From positions 160,001-224,000 of IMG/VR virus record IMGVR_UViG_3300023170_004399: a DNA stretch of 64,000 nucleotides; one strand, 5' to 3'. This document shows, piece after piece, positions 39,301 to 46,867 of this stretch. The DNA comes from a virus. Its lineage: Duplodnaviria; Caudoviricetes. Numbering within the stretch: the stretch's first letter is position 1; the number at the start of each line of letters is the position of its first letter. The notes under the pieces are model-generated. The model saw nothing but the letters and a program-made list of their open reading frames with translations. It had not been told where the DNA came from and searched no databases. A program made the position numbers and the translations under genes.

Positions 39301-39959
39301 TCGATGAGATTATTGATATGCGTCCATATAAATCTTTTAAAGATATGTTTTGGGATGAAGATGGAAAGTGGAAACTCAAAAAGTTTAATAAGCGTGCTGT
39401 AGATTCTTTGTTGAAGATAAAAGCTTTTGATTCTTTTGATGAAATAGGTGAAGGTAAACTATTTTGTTCTTACCAGCATGCTTACGATGTTATTATTAAC
39501 AACTGGAATGATTTGCGAAAGTCTCTTAAGAAAGAGCCTGATTATGGTCAAAGAGTATTTCATGAAAAAATAGAAGAGTTACATGGTACGCCTGAATGGA
39601 CAAAGCTTGAGTTTTGCACAAATAAGATGAATTTAATCGGTGCTTTCAATGTAAATGATATTATTTCAGATGAAATACTAAACAAGATACAGACTAGAGG
39701 TATCAAACCTATAAATGAAATGGAGCCCAATTCAAAAGGTTTGTGCTGGTTTGTTATACTAAAAACTACTGTACGTTTAACAAAAAACAAAAAGAAGTAT
39801 TTATCGTTACAAGTCGTTGGCAATGATGGTTCTGAATATAGAATGTTTTTGTGGGGCTGGAATGGCGACCCAATAGAACCATATACTTTTTGTGGTGCTG
39901 AAGTCTCGCATAATAGTTTTGGTTATTCTACTAAACAAAAAGTTTTGAAAACTTTGTAA
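36360..39959 (+). CDS. dnaE: DNA polymerase III alpha subunit (family C) with an intact PHP domain
   Basis: LHSHS, TDHG, GCEMY, CDSHY; GPGRGSGAGSLV, YGLLFERF, PDIDTD, HAGGV, KFDLLGL, YRPGP, FQEQVM, FAGYGFNKSHA. Confidence 0.96.
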   Translation: MIKKPTRFVGLHSHSGFSTFDGLDYPNEHIDFCRENGLDAFALTDHGHMNGFAHAYLHTKKLNDAGANFKFIPGCEMYVHPDLDVWSLDHQIQKAAKQGDQAAINKLNAQREKIITPLFDRTDSDDELEDIEIINDTNQLTIENEEETKSGKFYDPVKRRHHLVVLPKTNNGIQKVMHLVSRGYLEGFFRFPRIDYKMLREAGKDGDLIISSACLGGPFAYEIFKHMQQVEFDHLHPDLLDRPGMQERVLNDMGNVLDQLSWAVGLENVFLELQFNKLSAQHLVNKALLLFAEKHNLQNQLVVTCDSHYSRPDHWKERELYKKLGWLNYKDFNPENMPSSKEDLKCELYPKNSKQVWESYIETTQEYPGIYNDTIVCDAIERTYDIAHDVIDHDMSVDTSMKLPSYVIPENMSPDKALLEACKKGLVARGKHTDQAYIDRLKMELTVIREKGFSAYFLTMKKMLDIARREMFVGPGRGSGAGSLVAWTLNITDMDPIEYGLLFERFLSIHRKGYPDIDTDVGDRDRLIQMLRDEFSAENVIPISNYNTFKLKTLVKDISRFYGIPFEESNNALKTVENDVISAIRGPGFNRGTFVLEYKDALEHSDKFRDFIEKYPMIAEPINVLFKQNKALGRHAGGVIVSENIAERMPLIRAKGEAQTPWTEGMTSQLEKFGWIKFDLLGLGTLRIIQDCIKMILREKTGKFEPSFKEIQDWYNKNLAPDTIDHDDQEVYKNVYHDGNFVSTFQCVNAGAQRLFMKCKPTSIVDLATLTSIYRPGPLQAHVDKLYHKQKSNPDIIDYKHPLIKECLEETAGCIIFQEQVMNLCHVVAGFPKEDCDMIRRKLMKRKIGEMGGPDPEVKIAFVKGAVENGVPEKVADKLFEDILYFAGYGFNKSHAVAYAMISYQCAYLLTHFQEHWVKAVLNSTANDPKAQAKAITEIKSLGYGLVPIDINLAEKNWTIVDGKKLMPSFYSCKGIGETALDEIIDMRPYKSFKDMFWDEDGKWKLKKFNKRAVDSLLKIKAFDSFDEIGEGKLFCSYQHAYDVIINNWNDLRKSLKKEPDYGQRVFHEKIEELHGTPEWTKLEFCTNKMNLIGAFNVNDIISDEILNKIQTRGIKPINEMEPNSKGLCWFVILKTTVRLTKNKKKYLSLQVVGNDGSEYRMFLWGWNGDPIEPYTFCGAEVSHNSFGYSTKQKVLKTL

Positions 39960-39973
39960 AGACTTAGTATAAT
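39945..39973 (+). promoter_or_regulatory. Sigma70-type promoter heading the modification operon
   Basis: TTGAAA-17 nt-TATAAT. Confidence 0.75.
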
Positions 39974-40003
39974 AAAAATATTACACACTAACAAGAGGTA
40001 CTT

Positions 40004-40480
40004 ATGAATTATGGTATTATTCTTGACGGCGCAGAGCAGCAAGGTAAATCAACCCTTGCTGCAAAGCTAAGCAAGTTATTAGGATATCCAATCAGACATT
40101 TCGATAAACCACCCGAAAATTTTGATTTTTGGGAAGATTATTTTATTGAAGCAGAAAGCAATTGTCCATGGTTATTAGATAGATGTTTTACTAGCGAGTT
40201 GGTTTATGGCAAATATTTTAATCGTAGTAGAATAAGCGATGAACATAAAGCTCGTTTAGAAAAAAGATTTACTGACTTAAATTACATGTTTGTTCTTTGT
40301 GAATTGGATAATGATTGGATTGATAGAGAAGAGACTGTAACAAAAGAACAAAATATAGAAATAAAAAAATTATATAGGGACATGTATAATAATCTTAACA
40401 TGCCTAAAATAATCGTTAGACCTGATGAAAACGGTATTAAACAAATATTAAAACTACACAATAAAATTATAGGAGAATAA
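40004..40480 (+). CDS. Thymidylate-kinase-like dNMP kinase
   Basis: P-loop DGAEQQGKST; DRCFTSELVYG. Confidence 0.85.
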   Translation: MNYGIILDGAEQQGKSTLAAKLSKLLGYPIRHFDKPPENFDFWEDYFIEAESNCPWLLDRCFTSELVYGKYFNRSRISDEHKARLEKRFTDLNYMFVLCELDNDWIDREETVTKEQNIEIKKLYRDMYNNLNMPKIIVRPDENGIKQILKLHNKIIGE

Positions 40481-42289
40481 ATGACTACTAAAACAGCACT
40501 TATGTTAACACTCGGACACAATAGCTCTGCAGTATACTTTGATGGAAAAAAATTAATAGGTTATGAGGAAGAGAGGTTAAATAAAGTAAAATCATCTTCT
40601 GCTTATCCAGCACTTGCAATTGAAGAGATAATGAAACATACTGATATAAAACCCGGTTCTAAAGTTTTTGTATCTCACTGGTTTAATGATTATGACTTTT
40701 ACGAAAAACAATGTAAATATTTTGACACCGATCATTTTAATACTTTGTGTAAAAAGTTTGACCTCACACCAGTACACTTAAGTGATGATTTTACTCATCA
40801 TGATGCGCATGCTTTTTCTGCTATTGGGTTTGCTAGATATCACTATATTAAAAATGCTAGCGAATATAATAAAAGAGCACATGGCAATAAAATGCACACT
40901 ATAGTTGCAGATGGTTTTGGCAATGATCATGAAGTAGTGTCTATATATGAATCTGATATTATTAAAGAGAAAGGTGACGGATGGCAAAGAAATGACATAT
41001 CTCAACCAAAACTAATATTCAGACACAAAGGTTACTGTGAAAGTCTAGGTTTAATGTATCAATATGCAGTTGATTATGTTGGTATGAAAATGAACCAAGA
41101 TGAATATAAATTTTTAGGTTATGAATCATCTATAACTAAAGTTTTAAGTAGTGAAGAATTAAGTGAATTAAAAAAGTATGCTGATCATGTTGCTGAGATG
41201 CAATTTCACAATATGATTATGCATGAAAACTTAATACATCATAAAATAAATGAACCACATATTGTCAATAAAGAAAGTCTGAAATATACGCACACGTATT
41301 GGTTTAATATATATAACACTTTGATGGATCGCTGTGTTGGCGGTGGTAAATCAGCATTGCACACAAATGAACTGAGAGTTGTTATTGGTCATTTCGTTCA
41401 AACAGTTATTGAATCTGTATTGTTAAAAATTTGTAATCACTTCAATATTGAAAATGTTGCTCTTGCTGGTGGAATATTCTATAATGTTAAACTTAACAAT
41501 GTAATCATGAATAAAGTGAAAGGCCTCTTCTCTGTTATGCCTCTTGCTGGTGATCAAGGTTGCGGACTAGGTATGTATGAAGCATTCTGTGGTTCACTTA
41601 ATTACAACACTTTAAAAATTGGTAAAAGACCACCACAAAATTCTTATTACAATTTTATTGATGATGAAATAAAAAACAACGTGTATTATTTCAAAGATGT
41701 TGAAGAAGCAAAAAAACAGCTTACTACATTTCTGTCACATAATAAAATTGTTAATGTTGTAAGAAGCAATATGGAATTTGGTCCTCGTGCCTTGTGTAGT
41801 ACTACTACTTTTGCCTTACCTCTCAAGTCTAATGTTGAATTTATAAACACAATGAATTCTAGAAATACTGTTATGCCTATGGCTCCGGTAATGAGAATGA
41901 AAGATGCTAGCAAATATTTCAAAGCAGATAATTTTAAAAGAGTACTAGGATCAGATGAGTTTATGATATTAACTTACTATTACACTAGTGACAATCTAGA
42001 CTTGGTAAAGATTGGTGGTGTATGTCACAAGCATCCAACTCTAGATACATATTCTGGTCGTCCACAGTTTGTAACTGAGAATAGCGATGAATTTACATTT
42101 GATGTATTAACTTCTCTTTCAGAAGATCATGATCTTGACCCTATTGCAATCAATACTAGTTTTAATTCACATGGCACTCCTATTGTTTTTGATTTAGATA
42201 GTGTTTTTAAAAGTTTTAGATTTGAATATGATAAAGCAAAAACAAATGGTGTAAAACTTCCTTTCCTGTTTATCGTGGAAGGTGAATAA
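40481..42289 (+). CDS. Carbamoyltransferase (NodU/CmcH/TobZ family)
   Basis: GHNSSA, EEERLNKVK, HHDAHA, ADGFG, SLGLMY, EYKFLG, LAGGIFYNVKLN, GDQG, EFGPRAL, INTSFNSHGTPIV. Confidence 0.93.
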   Translation: MTTKTALMLTLGHNSSAVYFDGKKLIGYEEERLNKVKSSSAYPALAIEEIMKHTDIKPGSKVFVSHWFNDYDFYEKQCKYFDTDHFNTLCKKFDLTPVHLSDDFTHHDAHAFSAIGFARYHYIKNASEYNKRAHGNKMHTIVADGFGNDHEVVSIYESDIIKEKGDGWQRNDISQPKLIFRHKGYCESLGLMYQYAVDYVGMKMNQDEYKFLGYESSITKVLSSEELSELKKYADHVAEMQFHNMIMHENLIHHKINEPHIVNKESLKYTHTYWFNIYNTLMDRCVGGGKSALHTNELRVVIGHFVQTVIESVLLKICNHFNIENVALAGGIFYNVKLNNVIMNKVKGLFSVMPLAGDQGCGLGMYEAFCGSLNYNTLKIGKRPPQNSYYNFIDDEIKNNVYYFKDVEEAKKQLTTFLSHNKIVNVVRSNMEFGPRALCSTTTFALPLKSNVEFINTMNSRNTVMPMAPVMRMKDASKYFKADNFKRVLGSDEFMILTYYYTSDNLDLVKIGGVCHKHPTLDTYSGRPQFVTENSDEFTFDVLTSLSEDHDLDPIAINTSFNSHGTPIVFDLDSVFKSFRFEYDKAKTNGVKLPFLFIVEGE

Positions 42290-42912
42290 TGAAAATTAAA
42301 ACAATTATAAAACCTGAATATGAAAATGACGATTATCTTTTAGAATTGTCAGGAGTGCCTGATTGTCAAGAATTGCAAAATATAGAAGGCGTTGATTTTG
42401 ATTATTTGCATTTTAAATATCAAAAATTTAAAAATATTGATACTGCAGTTGAGGGCTGGGAACAATTTGGTTCCCGGCCGTCTTTGAGAAGTCTAAGCGA
42501 AATGAATGGTCAATTAACTTCTACAGTGTACACGAATGCTGTAAGTAAAAATAATGAAAACTTAAGCTATGATGCCAGTATTAAAATTATTAATTCAATG
42601 TTAAGTAAAAACCCAAATACTAGAAGGGCATTTGTTAGATTTGCATCACCTCTGTCAGAATATTATGTAAGCACTCATTCTCCTATAGATGTAACATGTC
42701 TTAGCGCAATACATTATTTAAAAGACAGCTGTAAATTAATATTCAGGGCTTCAGATATTAAGAATGAACTGTTGTATGACATTATTACTATTAACTCATT
42801 CTTTTTGTCACCAATATATAAAGATAAAAATTACAACATAAAAGTATATGCTAGCACTGCACAAAATATTGAATATTGGGAAGACACAATGAAAATACTT
42901 GGTAGAATATAG
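42289..42912 (+). CDS. Degenerate thymidylate-synthase-fold protein (207 aa)
   Basis: NPNTRRA, TCL (catalytic Cys position), FRASD..LLYD; N-terminal half divergent. Confidence 0.6.
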   Translation: MKIKTIIKPEYENDDYLLELSGVPDCQELQNIEGVDFDYLHFKYQKFKNIDTAVEGWEQFGSRPSLRSLSEMNGQLTSTVYTNAVSKNNENLSYDASIKIINSMLSKNPNTRRAFVRFASPLSEYYVSTHSPIDVTCLSAIHYLKDSCKLIFRASDIKNELLYDIITINSFFLSPIYKDKNYNIKVYASTAQNIEYWEDTMKILGRI

Positions 42913-42922
42913 TGGAGGAAAT

Positions 42923-43759
42923 ATGAGTAGTTTTGATAAAATATTTACTGATCTAAATGAAATGGGTGAATCTTTAGAAACAAGAGGTTTGTTAGTTATG
43001 GAAATGGAAAACTATAGCTATACTTTAGCCCCTTATGAAAGATATGTATCGTACCCAGCTAGAAAAATGAAACTTAACTATATTAAAAAAGAGTTTCTTT
43101 GGTATCTTAAAGGCGATAAATATGATACTAGTATTTGTGATCATGCTAAAATGTGGAAAGATTTAATTAACGAAGATGGTTCGATTAATTCAAACTATGG
43201 ACAGTATGTTTTTGGTAGCCAGTTTCAATATGGCAAAGTTATTGATACATTAAGAAAAGATAAGAATTCTAGAAGAGCAAGTATAATGATTTTATCTCAA
43301 GCTCATTTGGCAACTGAGACAAAAGATTATCCGTGTACGTATTCTATCAACTTTAGAATTAGAAACAATAGATTAAACATGACTGTTAGAATGAGAAGTC
43401 AAGATGCTATATTTGGTATGACTAATGATGCGCCATGTTTTTCCTTTATACACGAAATGGTTTACGTGCACCTTAGAGATTTAAAATACCCCGATCTTCT
43501 ATTAGGTGATTATCACCACTCAGCTGACAGTTTTCATATATACGCTAGACACTTTAAAATGTTTAAAAATATACTTGAAAATATTAGGAATAGGGAATAT
43601 AATACAATACAAACACCGAGAATAAGCTCTGGTGCAGAAGTTAGATACCTTAGAGGTTTGCATATCCACAGAGAAAATCATAAAGGTACTGATGAAGATT
43701 TTATAAAATCAATTAAAGAAGAATATAAATTTACAAAATGGTTATTAAGCGAGGATTAA
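42923..43759 (+). CDS. dCMP hydroxymethylase (T4 gp42-like)
   Basis: EFLWY, INSNYG, SRRA, PCT, RSQDAIFGMTND (Asp at the E. coli ThyA Asn177 position), SFHIYARHF; start at ATG 42923 after GGAGG. Confidence 0.85.
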   Translation: MSSFDKIFTDLNEMGESLETRGLLVMEMENYSYTLAPYERYVSYPARKMKLNYIKKEFLWYLKGDKYDTSICDHAKMWKDLINEDGSINSNYGQYVFGSQFQYGKVIDTLRKDKNSRRASIMILSQAHLATETKDYPCTYSINFRIRNNRLNMTVRMRSQDAIFGMTNDAPCFSFIHEMVYVHLRDLKYPDLLLGDYHHSADSFHIYARHFKMFKNILENIRNREYNTIQTPRISSGAEVRYLRGLHIHRENHKGTDEDFIKSIKEEYKFTKWLLSED

Positions 43760-43763
43760 AAAT

Positions 43764-44204
43764 ATGAGTACAATGAAAATATCAAAAATACGTAAAGTAA
43801 AAACACCGACAAGAGGAACTGATCAAAGTGCTGGTTTAGACTTCTATATCCCAGATGACTTTGATCTAAAGAGATTATCTCCTGGTATGAGTGTCTGTAT
43901 ACCATCAGGCATTAAAGCTAATGTTCCAGCTGGTTATGCTCTTATAGCTTTTAATAAATCTGGTGTGGCATTGAAAAAAGGTTTACAGGTTGGGGCTTGT
44001 GTAGTCGATGAAGATTATCAAGGTGAAATTCATTTACACTTAATGGCTACAAAAAGCACAGAGTTAAAACCGGGAGAAAAAATAGTGCAGTTTGTGTTAT
44101 TACCGGTAAATTATTCTACCGTTTCAGTTGTGCCTGAAGAAGATTTGTTTGTTGAACAAACAGAAAGAGGTGCTGGTGGTTTTGGTTCAACGGGAGTAGA
44201 ATAA
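43764..44204 (+). CDS. dut: Trimeric dUTPase
   Basis: SAGLDF, KSG, VDEDYQGEI, KIVQ, RGAGGFGSTG. Confidence 0.92.
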   Translation: MSTMKISKIRKVKTPTRGTDQSAGLDFYIPDDFDLKRLSPGMSVCIPSGIKANVPAGYALIAFNKSGVALKKGLQVGACVVDEDYQGEIHLHLMATKSTELKPGEKIVQFVLLPVNYSTVSVVPEEDLFVEQTERGAGGFGSTGVE

Positions 44205-45214
44205 TGAGAAAAATATGTGTAACTGGTGGTTTAGGCTTTATTGGTGGGGAGTTCGTCAAAGAAGTATTAGCTAAGTATGATGACACAATTGTTTTCATTA
44301 TTGATGATGAATCAAATCCAACCTATGAGCCAAGTGATTTTGGAGTAAAGGTAAGATGTCTTTTGTTTGGCATGGTGCCTCATTATGACTTGCAGAAAGA
44401 CATAAAAGAAAATAATATAAAAATTGTATCGATACAAGGTGATTGTTCTAGTGATCTTGCTTTAAATTTTATTGCTAACAATGATATATCACATGTTTTT
44501 CATTTCGCAGCTAAGCCTCGCGTAGAATGGACAGTTGAAAACCCTGTTGAGTCAACAGTTGAAAATTTTGTAAATGTAATAGACATAGCAAAAGTTTGTG
44601 CTGATAACAATATTCGTTTAGTACATTCTTCCACTTCAGCTGTATACGGAAATCAATTTATACCTGCACATGGTTTACCTGAAAATGTTAGTCAATATCA
44701 CCCAGCTAGTCCTTATGCAGCTGCTAAATTATCCGCAGAAGTATATCTCGACATGTATAAAAAATTATATAACTTGGATTATGTTGCATTTAGATATTTT
44801 AATGTATATGGTGAAACGCAATTGGGAGATTCACCTTACGCAACGGCAGTATCCGCTTGGAAACATCGATGTGAAATAGGTATGCCTTTACGATCTGATG
44901 GTGACGGAGAACAAGCTCGAGATATGATACATGTACGTGATGTTGCACGTGCTAATTTAAACCTAGGTTTTTCAAATAAGATCGGCGTATTTAATGTCGG
45001 TACTGGAAAAAAATATACTAACAATTTTATACTTTCAAAATTCCATGATGCTGGTTTTACAAATGTAACAAATGCGCCTGAAAGACCAGGTGATGTTAAA
45101 TACACATTGGCAGATATTACAAAAATAATAAACACGGGTTTATGGAAACCTGAGATTAAGTTTGAAGATGGTTTAGAAAGAGTTATTAGGAGCATTAATG
45201 TTGTGGAAAAATAA
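44204..45214 (+). CDS. NAD-dependent nucleotide-sugar epimerase/dehydratase
   Basis: TGGLGFIG, HFAA, SSTSAVYG, YAAAK, RYFNVYG, RDMIHVRDVA, FNVGTG, RPGD. Confidence 0.92.
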   Translation: MRKICVTGGLGFIGGEFVKEVLAKYDDTIVFIIDDESNPTYEPSDFGVKVRCLLFGMVPHYDLQKDIKENNIKIVSIQGDCSSDLALNFIANNDISHVFHFAAKPRVEWTVENPVESTVENFVNVIDIAKVCADNNIRLVHSSTSAVYGNQFIPAHGLPENVSQYHPASPYAAAKLSAEVYLDMYKKLYNLDYVAFRYFNVYGETQLGDSPYATAVSAWKHRCEIGMPLRSDGDGEQARDMIHVRDVARANLNLGFSNKIGVFNVGTGKKYTNNFILSKFHDAGFTNVTNAPERPGDVKYTLADITKIINTGLWKPEIKFEDGLERVIRSINVVEK

Positions 45215-45587
45215 AGTATTTGATTATGACGTTGTACAAAAAAGCTGGGGTAATATTAAAACTTTTTCTAGCCCATGGGGAGCAACAGGAAAAATTTTAA
45301 ACATAAGTGCTGGCAAAAGTACATCATTTAAGTATTACGATATTAAAAATGAACTTATGTTCTGTTTGTCTGGGACTGTACTAGTTTACAGCCCTAACTC
45401 TGATGAATTTACTGAAATTAAGAATAATGAAAATAAGACAATAATTAAACTTTGTGAAGGTGAAAGTATTTGTATTGAAAGGAACACGCCATATAAGATA
45501 GTTGCAATTGAAGATAGTCAGTTAGTTGAAGTAGTTTCTGGTGTTCGCCGGGGATTTGATGAGCCTATAAAATACGATAAAGAATAA
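45198..45587 (+). CDS. Cupin-fold protein (mannose-6-phosphate isomerase C-domain-like)
   Basis: KSWG, KILNI..GKSTS, E.M.C..G; canonical His ligands are missing. Confidence 0.6.
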   Translation: MLWKNKVFDYDVVQKSWGNIKTFSSPWGATGKILNISAGKSTSFKYYDIKNELMFCLSGTVLVYSPNSDEFTEIKNNENKTIIKLCEGESICIERNTPYKIVAIEDSQLVEVVSGVRRGFDEPIKYDKE

Positions 45588-45599
45588 GGAATATATAAA

Positions 45600-46448
45600 A
45601 TGTTAGTTGAACCAACATCTGTAAATTGTGTAATCTATCATGCTAATTGCAATGATGGATTTGGAGCTGCATATTCAGCTTGGAAACTTTTAGGTAATCG
45701 TTGTGAATACATACCTTGTGTTCATGGTGAAACACCACCAGATGTAACTGGTAAAAAAGTAGCAATATTAGATTATTCTTTCAGTAACAAAGTTACTAAA
45801 AAATTAATGAAACAAGCGGAGTCACTAATAGTAATAGATCATCACAAATCAAACATGGTTGAATTACATGATTTAACTAACACTATATTCGATTTAAATA
45901 AGTCTGGTGCCATGTTGGCTTGGGAGTTTTTTCATCCCGGGAAAGAACCTCCTAAATTTATACAGTACATAGAAGATAGAGATCTTTGGAAATGGGAGCT
46001 GCCTTATTCTAAAGAATTCTCAGCAGCATTTGACATGGTACCATGGGACTTTGATGAATATGAAAAATTTGAAGATGACAGTGTTTTTGATGATGCTGTT
46101 AAACGTGGTTCGTATATTTTAGCCTATAGTAAGACTGTTATTAAAAAGGTGTGCGACAAAGCTGTTAGAAGATCATATAAAGACATGGATGTAATGGTTG
46201 TCAACAGTTCACACTGGATATCAGAAATAGGCGCTAATTTAGCTAAGGATTGTGACTTTGCTATGATATGGTATTATGATCACGATGAAAAAAATTATAG
46301 ATGTTCGTTACGGGCTTTTCATGATACTGTCGACGTAAGTGAAATAGCAAAACAGTTTAACGGTGGCGGTCACAGGAAGGCAGCTGGTTTTACACTGCCA
46401 TTTACTAAACACCCAGATTGTATATTTAAAGGAAACAATGATAAGTAG
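45600..46448 (+). CDS. DHH/DHHA1 family phosphoesterase
   Basis: YHANCNDG, ILD, IDHH, DRDLW, SLR, GGGH..AAG. Confidence 0.9.
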   Translation: MLVEPTSVNCVIYHANCNDGFGAAYSAWKLLGNRCEYIPCVHGETPPDVTGKKVAILDYSFSNKVTKKLMKQAESLIVIDHHKSNMVELHDLTNTIFDLNKSGAMLAWEFFHPGKEPPKFIQYIEDRDLWKWELPYSKEFSAAFDMVPWDFDEYEKFEDDSVFDDAVKRGSYILAYSKTVIKKVCDKAVRRSYKDMDVMVVNSSHWISEIGANLAKDCDFAMIWYYDHDEKNYRCSLRAFHDTVDVSEIAKQFNGGGHRKAAGFTLPFTKHPDCIFKGNNDK

Positions 46449-46866
46449 ATATAAACAAAAATTAAATGTATTCGGTGAAATATGTAAATCAGTTGCGTCA
46501 CTATCGTACGACCCTAAATTTAAAGTAGGGACTGTAATTTTCACTGATGATTTTAGAGAAATATTAGCTATTGGTTATAATGGCAATTACAAAGGCGGGC
46601 CTAATAAACGTGACAGTAATGAGACAGGTAAAAGTGGTTTTTTACATAGCGAAGAAAATGCTTTGCTTCATTTGTCATACCCTTTCGCAAGTAGGGATAA
46701 GTTGATATTAATGGTTACTTATAAACCTTGTCCTATGTGTGCTAAGCGAATAGTAAATGCTGGTATAAAAAAGGTAATTTATATAAATGATTATAATAAA
46801 CTCGGGGATGAAACGGATGACATATTTAGTATAGGGAATGTTGTTTGTGAGAAACTCGGAGAATAA
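46438..46866 (+). CDS. dCMP/cytidine deaminase family protein
   Basis: VG, IGYNG, HSEENA, PCPMC; start at ATG 46438. Confidence 0.88.
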   Translation: MISRYKQKLNVFGEICKSVASLSYDPKFKVGTVIFTDDFREILAIGYNGNYKGGPNKRDSNETGKSGFLHSEENALLHLSYPFASRDKLILMVTYKPCPMCAKRIVNAGIKKVIYINDYNKLGDETDDIFSIGNVVCEKLGE

Positions 46867-46867
46867 T

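Noticed and set aside
42923-43759. Annotation as an ordinary thymidylate synthase ThyA
   Set aside because: It has Asp at the Asn177 position and gp42-like INSNYG/RHF motifs, and ThyX is present separately.
46363-46437. N-terminal extensions given by the ORF track for several genes (46363, 32845, 31681, 53402, 34870, 6037, 57172, 55019)
   Set aside because: SD-supported or stop-coupled downstream starts give normal domain boundaries.
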